A program made the translations under genes and the position numbers. From NCBI GenBank assembly GCA_946534605.1, contig CAMNCU010000003.1, positions 954 through 64,953 on the forward strand: a DNA stretch of 64,000 nucleotides, in the 5' to 3' direction. Of the stretch, positions 54,014 to 62,015 are shown piece after piece (position 1 is the first letter of the stretch; each line of letters starts with the position of its first letter). The notes under the pieces are model-generated. The model saw nothing but the letters and a program-made list of their open reading frames with translations. It searched no databases and was not told the DNA's origin. This DNA comes from an uncultured Ruminococcus sp. (GTDB taxonomy: Bacteria; Bacillota; Clostridia; Oscillospirales; Ruminococcaceae).

Positions 54014-54156
54014 TGCGCAAAACGAAGATTTTGTGCAGTTCCTGAATACGGCTTCCACCCGGGTGGAAAAAACGTTCACCCGAGTGAACAGAATTTGTAA
54101 ACTCGAGTTTACAAAATGTTGAGTCGACTCAACAAAAATGTGACATCAATGTCACA
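54014..54156. repeat. Phased array of six different short palindromes/hairpins directly after the spoIIIAE stop
   Basis: 54014..54037 TGCGCAAAA-cgaaga-TTTTGTGCA. 54053..54068 TTCCACCCGGGTGGAA. 54074..54089 GTTCACCCGAGTGAAC. 54094..54115 TTTGTAAACTCGAGTTTACAAA. 54118..54133 GTTGAGTCGACTCAAC. 54139..54156 TGTGACATCAATGTCACA. Confidence 0.7.
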
Positions 54157-54164
54157 AAATCCCG

Positions 54165-55175
54165 TCATGTACTGCTCACCGCCGCCAGAATCCCCGTACT
54201 CACACAGAACATCACCCCGAATGAAGCCGAGACCGAAAACCCTACCGAAATCATCGCTTCCAGATTCCGGAACAGCCTCTGCAACGATTCCAGCGCGAAG
54301 ACTTCTGATACTGCCGCCGCTGTCCCCGTCAGTATCTTCCAGAGAAAAAATTCGATAATTATCGGCAGTAATATCGATAAGACCGCGATAACCCCCGTCA
54401 TCCCGGCAGTCGATTTCAGAACGTTCAGACTGCCCAGCACTGCCGCGTAAGCGTCCGATACTGCTCCCCCGACAAACGGCACAGCCCCGGCTATCGCGTA
54501 TTTCGCAGCTTTTGTTCCGGCTCTGTCCGCCGTTACGGAAACGACACTCTGCACTGACAGAAAGCCCAGAAACAACGCCATCAGAAAGCCAAGCACCCAG
54601 ACCGTGAACTTCTGAAACAGCGTCAGAATACCGTTCAGAGAGAGTTCCGGCGTGACTGCCTCCGTCAGACTGACTGCCAGTCCCATCGTCAGCACCGGAA
54701 ACAGCACCCGAACGGCGATTTCCAGCGCAAGATTACAGAGCAGCAGCACTGCCCCCTGATACCCTGCCGAAGCTGTCACATGTCCGCTGACCGCCAGAAT
54801 CCCCCCGAAGATTCCCGAGAAGGTCACCATAAAATCTGCCGAATGCGTCAGCACTTCCGCTGCCTGCTGAAAGGCTTCCGTCAGCGGACTGATGAGAATC
54901 CCCACCGCACACAGTACCGCTGTGACATCACAGATTTTTGAGATTCCGGATTTCTCGCTCCGGAGACTTCCGGCAAGCGCGGAAAGCAGAATCACCCCTG
55001 TGAGCAGTCCGAGCGTCTGCAAGGGCGCGGAAATCCGGTTCTGTACCATTTCCAGAACCTGTCCGGCGAATTCCGGAAGCTGTAATTCCGACAGCGATTC
55101 TGTATCGGGAATTTCCGCCGGCGCGTCTTCCAGAAGCGTTTTCAAAATTTCATCATAAGTATAGTCCTGATTCAC
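54165..55175 (-). CDS. spoIIIAE: Stage III sporulation protein AE
   Basis: 336 aa polytopic membrane protein, Gly/Ala-rich TM segments. Position and overlap with spoIIIAD match the operon order. Confidence 0.8.
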   Translation of the reverse strand: MNQDYTYDEILKTLLEDAPAEIPDTESLSELQLPEFAGQVLEMVQNRISAPLQTLGLLTGVILLSALAGSLRSEKSGISKICDVTAVLCAVGILISPLTEAFQQAAEVLTHSADFMVTFSGIFGGILAVSGHVTASAGYQGAVLLLCNLALEIAVRVLFPVLTMGLAVSLTEAVTPELSLNGILTLFQKFTVWVLGFLMALFLGFLSVQSVVSVTADRAGTKAAKYAIAGAVPFVGGAVSDAYAAVLGSLNVLKSTAGMTGVIAVLSILLPIIIEFFLWKILTGTAAAVSEVFALESLQRLFRNLEAMISVGFSVSASFGVMFCVSTGILAAVSST

Positions 55176-55558
55176 TGTATCATCTCCAGTACGGTTTCCG
55201 AGAGCGTCACGAACAGCGGCAGTGCGAGTACCAGAAGCAGAACTCTGCCGCAGAGTTCAACCGCCGTTCCGAGCGCGTTTTCTCCTGCGTCCCGGCAGAT
55301 GTCCGTTCCAAACTGCGTCAAGTACGAAATTCCGACTGCCTTACACAGAATCCCGAAATAAGAAGCGTCAACATTTCCCCGGTGCAAGGTTTGTTCCGCT
55401 GTGGATAAGATTCTTTCCGCGTCCGGCAGAATCTGCACTATCACCAGAAGGCACAGCCCGATACTCAGCAGTAATCCGTAACTTCTCTGGTACTGTTTCA
55501 GCACCAGCACCAGAATACAGCCGATAATGCATAAGATAATTATCTGCTCTGTTCTCAC
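55172..55558 (-). CDS. spoIIIAD: Stage III sporulation protein AD
   Basis: 128 aa with four TM segments and the conserved GISYLTQFGTDICRDAGE block. Confidence 0.8.
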   Translation of the reverse strand: MRTEQIIILCIIGCILVLVLKQYQRSYGLLLSIGLCLLVIVQILPDAERILSTAEQTLHRGNVDASYFGILCKAVGISYLTQFGTDICRDAGENALGTAVELCGRVLLLVLALPLFVTLSETVLEMIQ

Positions 55559-55749
55559 AATCCGAACACCGTCCTGACCGTCTCGAACAGTTCGCTAATC
55601 TGGTCGACGATAAGCATTAGCACAACAATCAGCCCGGCGAGAACGGTCATCATGGCTTGTTCGTCGCGGTCTGACTTCTTCAAGACCAGACTGAGTACGG
55701 AAACGATAATTCCGATTCCGGCGATTTTGAAAATCAAATCCAGTTCCAC
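55555..55749 (-). CDS. spoIIIAC: Stage III sporulation protein AC
   Basis: 64 aa with two TM segments (IFKIAGIGIIVSVLSLVLKKS..). Operon position fits. Confidence 0.8.
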   Translation of the reverse strand: MELDLIFKIAGIGIIVSVLSLVLKKSDRDEQAMMTVLAGLIVVLMLIVDQISELFETVRTVFGL

Positions 55750-55776
55750 ATGATACAGCCCCTTACTCCTGAATTT

Positions 55777-56268
55777 TTACAAAAACATGACCGCGCACAC
55801 CGCACCGCCAAGCCAGCCGAGCGACTGGTATAACCGACATTTCTGCGCACTGACCGCCTGACACGCTTCCAGAGCGGTACACATCTGCGCCCGGCACAGT
55901 GTCAGCACGGCGGTCTGCCCCTGCAAATCCGATTTTCCCAGTTCACTCCCTAACAGCAGAAGAATCCGCCTTGCTTCTTCCGGCAGATGACTTTCCTCAA
56001 GAGCCTGATTCCAGAGCGTTTCCGGCGGAAGCCCCGGTACAGGGTTCAGCTTCCGGACGAAGTCAAGATTCTGATACACGGCTTTTCCGGAAAGAATCCC
56101 GAATAATTCTTCCAGATTCAGATGCTGATACTGCATATAGGTCAGGCAGTCTTCCAGAAGTAATAATAAATTCTGATAAGTTCTGACCTGATTCCGGATT
56201 CCGCAAGCCGCATACATGCCGCACCCGGCACAGCAGACCATCATCAGCAGAATCCCCGGAAACTTCAT
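55777..56268 (-). CDS. spoIIIAB: Stage III sporulation protein AB
   Basis: 163 aa with an N-terminal TM segment and a GspF-like cytoplasmic domain. Operon position fits. Confidence 0.75.
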   Translation of the reverse strand: MKFPGILLMMVCCAGCGMYAACGIRNQVRTYQNLLLLLEDCLTYMQYQHLNLEELFGILSGKAVYQNLDFVRKLNPVPGLPPETLWNQALEESHLPEEARRILLLLGSELGKSDLQGQTAVLTLCRAQMCTALEACQAVSAQKCRLYQSLGWLGGAVCAVMFL

Positions 56269-57137
56269 GACAGCCTCCTGATGGTCTGGACAGCACAGTC
56301 TTTCAGAAAGACCAGATTCCCGAACACAGACGCTTCCAGAAGCGGACGGAGAACAGTTCTGTTCCGGAGTTCGTCAGGGCTTCCGGCATGGCACGAAGCC
56401 GCGAACTTGACACCGCATCCGGAAGCCGTCAGAACAGCCTGTACATCTTCCGGGGTACTGATTTCATCACAAATCAGATATTCCGGATTCATCACGCGCA
56501 GAGCGGTCAGAATTCCGGCGGCACGCGGATAGTTATCGAAAATATCGGTCATTCTGCCGACATCATGAGAGGGCGCACCTCTCTGAACAGCGGCGAGTTC
56601 TCCCCTCTCGTCGATGAGAGCCGTCCGGCAGTGATTTCCGGCAATCCGGCAGAAATCGCGCAGATACGTCGTCTTACCGCTCCCGACTGTTCCGGCAATC
56701 AGCACACTGCCGGGACATTGTTTCCAGAGCTGTTCGGCAATGCCGGGATATTCGCCGGGGATTCTGAAATTCAGACTGCTGATATATTTCAGCGACTTGA
56801 CATTCTGATGTTCCCGGACAGCACTGCCGCAGATTCCGACACGGCATCCGCCCCGAATCGTCAGATATCCTTCTGACAGTTCCTGTTCAAAGCTGTAGAC
56901 CGAATAGGAACATACCGCCTGAAACGTCCGGGAAAGTTCCTCGAAGCTGACCGGAATTCCGGTATTCTGTTCCTTTCCCCGGATGACGATTCCGGCAGTT
57001 TTCTGATTCCGCAGGCGGATTTCCTGAATTTCGGCGCGTTCGGATTCCGGCATTCTGCTGAGATACTCCCGGACAGCACCGGGCAGATAGTTCAGGACTT
57101 CTTTCAGGCATTCGGCAGTGTTCAAGCTTCTGCACAT
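56265..57137 (-). CDS. spoIIIAA: Stage III sporulation protein AA (secretion-type ATPase)
   Basis: Walker A GTVGSGKTT and the N-terminus ...LKEVLNYLPGAVREYL...IQEIRLR, as in SpoIIIAA. The start is uncertain: ATG 57137 sits directly against its RBS, and TTG 57125 is an alternative. Confidence 0.8.
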   Translation of the reverse strand: MCRSLNTAECLKEVLNYLPGAVREYLSRMPESERAEIQEIRLRNQKTAGIVIRGKEQNTGIPVSFEELSRTFQAVCSYSVYSFEQELSEGYLTIRGGCRVGICGSAVREHQNVKSLKYISSLNFRIPGEYPGIAEQLWKQCPGSVLIAGTVGSGKTTYLRDFCRIAGNHCRTALIDERGELAAVQRGAPSHDVGRMTDIFDNYPRAAGILTALRVMNPEYLICDEISTPEDVQAVLTASGCGVKFAASCHAGSPDELRNRTVLRPLLEASVFGNLVFLKDCAVQTIRRLS

Positions 57138-57157
57138 CCTTTCTGTTAGCTTACTGC

Positions 57158-57187
57158 ATCTTATGCACAGCCTGTCCGTTTTATGAC
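57158..57187 (-). promoter_or_regulatory. Sigma-E-like sporulation promoter of spoIIIA
   Basis: Minus strand: GTCATA (57187..57182), 16-nt spacer, CATAAGAT (57165..57158). Compare the sigma-E consensus ATA-N16-18-CATACAnT. Confidence 0.4.
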
Positions 57188-57188
57188 A

Positions 57189-57222
57189 GAAAAACGGCTC
57201 ACCCGTAGGCAAGCCGCTTTTC
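57189..57222 (-). terminator. Terminator of the dockerin/serpin gene string
   Basis: Minus-strand hairpin AAAAGCGGCT...AGCCGTTTTT followed by a T-rich tract. Confidence 0.45.
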
Positions 57223-57268
57223 TTTGAGATATATCTAAGATTTCAGGAGAGTAAAATGCTGATGAAAT

Positions 57269-58297
57269 TTATTCTGTCAGACCGACAATCATTTTCATAA
57301 TCGTCAGAGAATCGGAAGCGTCGATTTTCTCGTCCTTGTTGGCATCCGCGGCGAGTTCCTGCGCAGAATTCAGCTTTTCTTTGCCGAGAATTGCTTTATT
57401 GAGAATAATCACATCCAGAATATTCAGTTTGTCGTCCAGATTCAAATCCCCGGCTTTGATTTCTACTGCTGCATCTGTAGGGAAAATTTCTTCCGGGTCA
57501 GGCTTTTTCACTATACGGAATTCAAAATCACATAATTCCAAAAAGCCCTGTTCCTGACAGTAATTTTTTATCCGGTCAATGTCTTCCTTTGTGTATGCTG
57601 TCACCGCTATGCTCATGCCTGTAACATTGAAAATACTCCCGTAATGATTGCGGGATACAAAACCCTCATATCCGTTGCTTTCCATGAATGCCTGAATCTG
57701 TTTTGCAGCCTCTGTTATGGACATTACCAGATTCTCATCCATCTGATAGACAAGATGATAGTCAATCGTATATTTTTCCGAAAAGCCCTGTTCTTCGCAG
57801 TAAGCTTCCATCAATTCTTTTATTTTTGTGCTTGCACACATGACAGTGAGAGAATTGTGGAAATAATCATAGAAAACGCGGTATGCATAGTCAGCCCCTG
57901 CCAGTTCACCGAGATATTTTTCCGTCTGCAATGCGGCGGAAATCAGCGCGTTCTTTTCTTCTTCGGGAAGTTCCGGAAGAATTTCACCGTCAAATTTCAG
58001 GAAAAACTGATATGTCACACCGTCTGTCAGATTTTCCTGCTGACAATATTCCATCATGTTGCTTTTTACATTTTCATAATGCGCCTGACTTCCGGTGTTT
58101 ACTACAACAGAAATGAGGTTCTGTTCTTCGTCACAGGTGATAGTATACAGCTGTACTGACGGCGGAATTGCATCTGCAATCTGATTGCAGATACTTTGTA
58201 CTGAAATTTCCGTTTCTCCGGCGAAAACGGGAATACTGATTTCGGACTGTATACAGCACAGGAACGCCAGCACAGCGGCTAAGAGTTTCTTTTTCAT
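57269..58297 (-). CDS. Secreted protein: three 'YCxEQGF' repeat modules plus a C-terminal dockerin
   Basis: ATG 58297 after GAGGTG, then a signal peptide. Modules end in MEYCQQENL, MEAYCEEQGF and KNYCQEQGF. Dockerin KAGDLNLDDKLNILDVIILNKAILGKEKLNSAQELAADANKDEKIDASDSLTIMKMIVGL (57272..57457). Confidence 0.65.
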   Translation of the reverse strand: MKKKLLAAVLAFLCCIQSEISIPVFAGETEISVQSICNQIADAIPPSVQLYTITCDEEQNLISVVVNTGSQAHYENVKSNMMEYCQQENLTDGVTYQFFLKFDGEILPELPEEEKNALISAALQTEKYLGELAGADYAYRVFYDYFHNSLTVMCASTKIKELMEAYCEEQGFSEKYTIDYHLVYQMDENLVMSITEAAKQIQAFMESNGYEGFVSRNHYGSIFNVTGMSIAVTAYTKEDIDRIKNYCQEQGFLELCDFEFRIVKKPDPEEIFPTDAAVEIKAGDLNLDDKLNILDVIILNKAILGKEKLNSAQELAADANKDEKIDASDSLTIMKMIVGLTE

Positions 58298-58330
58298 AAA
58301 AAGCACCTCGTTTCTGAAAATTTAAATAAT

Positions 58331-60418
58331 TTATGATTCAATGGACTTCACCGCGCCCATAAATACGGGCAGATGATTTTCCATATCGACAATCATATAG
58401 ACGAACGGTCTGTCGAGCGTGACAGTTTTATAGTCCATTACAGCGGTTACGCCGTCCATCTGGACGACTGTCACAGCGGCGGCACGAGTGCCTTCTTCGG
58501 TCACGTCGATATGCGTCTTATGCAGAACTTCCCCGATATGCAGAATATCCCATTCTGCCTGCATATCCGCCATTCTGGTGAAGTCGGCGTTCAGGGGGTC
58601 GAACGCGGTCGGCATACCCATTTCACAGAGGGGCTTTTTCAGCGTGATATCATAATCATAGCTGAACTTCGGCATTGATGTGTAAGTCTTGACAGAAACC
58701 GGGCTGGAAAGCGTATTCTGTAATGATTCGGCAGTCATGCCGGAAATATATTCATCTACAGAAATTCCCTCGTTCGGAAGCATTGCCGCGAAGGCGTATC
58801 TTCCGCCGTCATAATATTTATAGAATCCGGTCGCGGAATCGTCTTCCAGATAGGCATATTCTTCGGAATGCATCATGCTGACGGTTTCGGCAGAGCCGTC
58901 CCAGGCGGTAAAATCTCCGTCATGAACCTGATATTCCGAATCATAGGGATTCTGCCATTTTGCGTCGAAAGTGACGGCGTTAATCAGATACATCAGAGTA
59001 TCGGGGTCAATGGGCTGTTCAGGGTTGAGGACTTCCGGAATCATCCGGTCGGTCTTGTTGCTGACCCAGTTGTTAATATCTGTAACGGTAGAATCATCAA
59101 ACGGGGCTTTATAGGCATCGGCAGAGTAATAATCCGCATTGACTTTCAGGAAGTCCGGCAGAACCTGAAATCTTTCTTCAAAGTCGCGATACCAGATAGA
59201 ATTTGCCGTTGACAGCCGGCATTTGGCAGTATCCGGCTGACTGATTCGCTGTGTATACAGATACTGATTCAAATCATTGAGAGGCAGTCCGCCGAGAGTC
59301 TGTTCCATCTCGGAGAGCGTCTGCCCGTCCGCGCCGTTGGCAGTCATCGCGAGAGCCTGCATCACGGAATAAGGCGAAACAAGAACATTCTGTTCCGGAG
59401 TTTCCTGTTCGGCTTTCTGGAACAGATTCAGATAAAAGCCTGTCTGCGCCTGAATAAACGCATCATCAGCGGCTTTGCCCTCAACAGCATCTGACTGTAC
59501 AGACTTGCTTAAATTCACAGAAGCCGGGCTGAGAGCCTTGTCACTGGGTTTTTCGAGCAGTCCGACGATAGCTTTCATAATCGCCAGAGAATCGGAAGCG
59601 TCTATTTTCTCGTCCTTGTTGGCATCGGCGGCGAGTTCCTGAACGGAGTTCAGCTTTTCTTTGCCGAGAATCGCTTTATTGAGAATGATAACATCTAAAA
59701 TATTCAGTTTATCGTCAAGATTCAGGTCTCCGGCTTTGACAGTTACGTCCATACCTTCTACACCGGTTTCTGTAGGGTCTGGTTCTTCATCATCAGATGT
59801 CCATGCAATAAAAATAAAAGCATACTTTTCTGTAAAGCCCTGTTCCTGACAGAACGCCTTTACGGTTTCAAGCTGAGAATCTGCTTTTTCCCTGACTGCC
59901 TGATTTTCTTCTGAACTTGAGAACATTTCCGTTTCTGAAAGATATGCTGTCACCTGAATCAAACCATTGTTAGGAGCGGCAGTGATATAGTTCAGCTGAT
60001 TTTCATCAGCGAACTGATTGATTTGTTCAGCAATCTTCTGCTGACCGTTTTCCTCGGCGGTAAAGCGAATATCGAAATCATTCAGAAAGCCCTGTTCTTC
60101 GCAGTAAGCTTTGACGGTATCGAGATTCGCGCAAATCTTTTCCCAGTCGTAGTTGCTGTCATGGGAGGGAATTTCTATCGTCACGAAGATAACGGGTTCA
60201 GGTGTATAATCCACATTGCAGTGGATATATACAAAATTCTTTTTAAAGATAAAATTACTGATTTGATTACTCACATCACTGGAAGTCATTCTCCGGGTTT
60301 CTTCCTGCGTTTCTTCTTCGGTCGGCGCGAGGGTCACGGCATTTGCATTCAGGCTGATTCCGGTCTGGAAGCAGAGCAGTAAAGCGGCAATTCCTGCAAA
60401 AATTCTTGTTTTTTTCAT
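58331..60418 (-). CDS. Secreted protein: two 'YCxEQGF' modules, dockerin, serpin
   Basis: ATG 60418 after GAGGTG. Modules with VKAYCEEQGF and VKAFCQEQGF, dockerin (59558..59737), then a full serpin with hinge/RCL EEGTRAAAVTVVQMDGVTAVMDYKTVTLDRPF. Confidence 0.8.
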   Translation of the reverse strand: MKKTRIFAGIAALLLCFQTGISLNANAVTLAPTEEETQEETRRMTSSDVSNQISNFIFKKNFVYIHCNVDYTPEPVIFVTIEIPSHDSNYDWEKICANLDTVKAYCEEQGFLNDFDIRFTAEENGQQKIAEQINQFADENQLNYITAAPNNGLIQVTAYLSETEMFSSSEENQAVREKADSQLETVKAFCQEQGFTEKYAFIFIAWTSDDEEPDPTETGVEGMDVTVKAGDLNLDDKLNILDVIILNKAILGKEKLNSVQELAADANKDEKIDASDSLAIMKAIVGLLEKPSDKALSPASVNLSKSVQSDAVEGKAADDAFIQAQTGFYLNLFQKAEQETPEQNVLVSPYSVMQALAMTANGADGQTLSEMEQTLGGLPLNDLNQYLYTQRISQPDTAKCRLSTANSIWYRDFEERFQVLPDFLKVNADYYSADAYKAPFDDSTVTDINNWVSNKTDRMIPEVLNPEQPIDPDTLMYLINAVTFDAKWQNPYDSEYQVHDGDFTAWDGSAETVSMMHSEEYAYLEDDSATGFYKYYDGGRYAFAAMLPNEGISVDEYISGMTAESLQNTLSSPVSVKTYTSMPKFSYDYDITLKKPLCEMGMPTAFDPLNADFTRMADMQAEWDILHIGEVLHKTHIDVTEEGTRAAAVTVVQMDGVTAVMDYKTVTLDRPFVYMIVDMENHLPVFMGAVKSIES

Positions 60419-60452
60419 AATCAAGCACCTCATTTCTGAAAATTTAAATAAT

Positions 60453-61985
60453 TTATGATTCAATAGATTTCACCGCGCCCATGAATACAGGCAGATGATT
60501 TTCCATATCAACAATCATATAGACGAACGGTCTGTCGAGCGTGACGGTTTTATGTTCTTCAACGGCATCATTTCCGGCTAACATGACGGCTGTCACAGCG
60601 GCGGCGCGAGTGCCTTCTTCGGTCACGTCGATATGGGTCTTATGCAGAACCTGCGCGATATGCAGAACATCGCTAGGGTCTTTCATCTCCGCCATTCTGG
60701 TGAAATCGGCATTCCATTCGTCGAACGCGGTCGGCATACCCATTTCACAGAGGGGCTTTTTCAGCGTGATATCATAATCATAGCTGAACTTCGGCATTGA
60801 TGTGTAAGTCTTGACAGAAACCGGATGGGAAAGCGTATTCTGTAATGATTCGGCAGTCATACCGGAAATATAGTCATCTACGGAAATTCCCTCGTTCGGG
60901 AGCAGAGCCGCGAATGCGTATCTTCCGCCGTCATAATATTTATAGAATCCGGTCGCGGAAGCATCTTCCAGATAGTAATATTCTTCAGAGTTCATCATGC
61001 TGACTTTCTGCGCCGAGCCGTCCCAGGCGGTGAAATCGCCGTCATGAACCTGATATTCGGAATCATAGGGAGACATCCACTTGGCATCGAATGTGACGGC
61101 GTTGATTAAGAACATCAGCATATTAGGGGCAATCGGCTGTTCAGGGTCGAGAACGCCCGGAATCATTCTGTCGGTCTTATTGCTGACCCAGTTGTTGACA
61201 TCTGTAATGGTAGAATCATCAAACGGGGCTTTGAACGCATCGGCGGAATAATAATCCGCGTTGACTTTCAGGAAGTCCGGCAGAACCTGAAATCTTTCTT
61301 CAAAATCTCTGTACCAGATGGAATTTGCCGTTGACAGCCGGCATTTCTCTGTATTCGGCTGAGAGGTTCTTTGTGTATACAGATACTGATTCAAATCATC
61401 CAGAGGAAGTCCGCCGAGGGTCTGTTCCATCTCGGAGAGGGTCTGACCGTCCGCACCGTTGGCAGTCATGGCGAGAGCCTGCATCACCGAATAAGGCGAA
61501 ACCAGAACATTCTGTTCCGGGGTCTGTGCTTCGGCTTTCTGGAACAGATTCAGGTAAAAGCCCGTCTGTGCCTGAATAAACGCATCATCGGCGGCTTTGC
61601 CCTCGACAGCATCAGATTTGACGGCTTTACTCAAATTCGTGGAAGCCGGGCTGAGAGCCTTGTCACTGGGCTTTTCGAGCAGACCGACGATAGCTTTCAT
61701 AATCGCCAGAGAATCGGAAGCGTCGATTTTCTCGTCCTTGTTGGCATCGGCGGCGAGTTCCTGCACGGAAGTCAGCTTTTCTTTGCCGAGAATCGCTTTA
61801 TTGAGAATGATAACATCTAAAATATTCAGTTTATCGTCAAGATTCAGGTCTCCGGCTTTGACAACGACTTCAGCATTATCGCCAATTTCCGTAGGTTCTT
61901 CGGCGGCATTCGCGGTCAGGCTGATTCCGGTCTGGAAGCAGAGCAGTAAAGCGGCAATTCCTGCAAAAATTCTTGTTTTTTTCAT
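60453..61985 (-). CDS. Secreted dockerin-serpin
   Basis: ATG 61985 after AAGGAG, then a signal peptide, dockerin (61680..61859) and a serpin with hinge/RCL EEGTRAAAVTAVMLAGNDAVEEHKTVTLDRPF. Confidence 0.8.
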   Translation of the reverse strand: MKKTRIFAGIAALLLCFQTGISLTANAAEEPTEIGDNAEVVVKAGDLNLDDKLNILDVIILNKAILGKEKLTSVQELAADANKDEKIDASDSLAIMKAIVGLLEKPSDKALSPASTNLSKAVKSDAVEGKAADDAFIQAQTGFYLNLFQKAEAQTPEQNVLVSPYSVMQALAMTANGADGQTLSEMEQTLGGLPLDDLNQYLYTQRTSQPNTEKCRLSTANSIWYRDFEERFQVLPDFLKVNADYYSADAFKAPFDDSTITDVNNWVSNKTDRMIPGVLDPEQPIAPNMLMFLINAVTFDAKWMSPYDSEYQVHDGDFTAWDGSAQKVSMMNSEEYYYLEDASATGFYKYYDGGRYAFAALLPNEGISVDDYISGMTAESLQNTLSHPVSVKTYTSMPKFSYDYDITLKKPLCEMGMPTAFDEWNADFTRMAEMKDPSDVLHIAQVLHKTHIDVTEEGTRAAAVTAVMLAGNDAVEEHKTVTLDRPFVYMIVDMENHLPVFMGAVKSIES

Positions 61986-62015
61986 AACAAACACACTCCT
62001 TATAAGATAAATAAA

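Noticed and set aside
54053-54133. Palindrome cores are restriction sites (CCCGGG, CTCGAG, GTCGAC), which raised the suspicion of a cloning polylinker or synthetic insert.
   Set aside because: The sites are not contiguous as in a multiple cloning site. Each is simply the centre of a longer unique dyad, and the region sits between syntenic spoIIIA genes. An artefact cannot be excluded without read-level data, so this is kept only as a caveat.
57138-57212. Extension of spoIIIAA to ATG 57212.
   Set aside because: The extra codons cover the upstream gene's terminator hairpin and the sigma-E-like promoter. The homologous SpoIIIAA N-terminus starts near 57137/57125.
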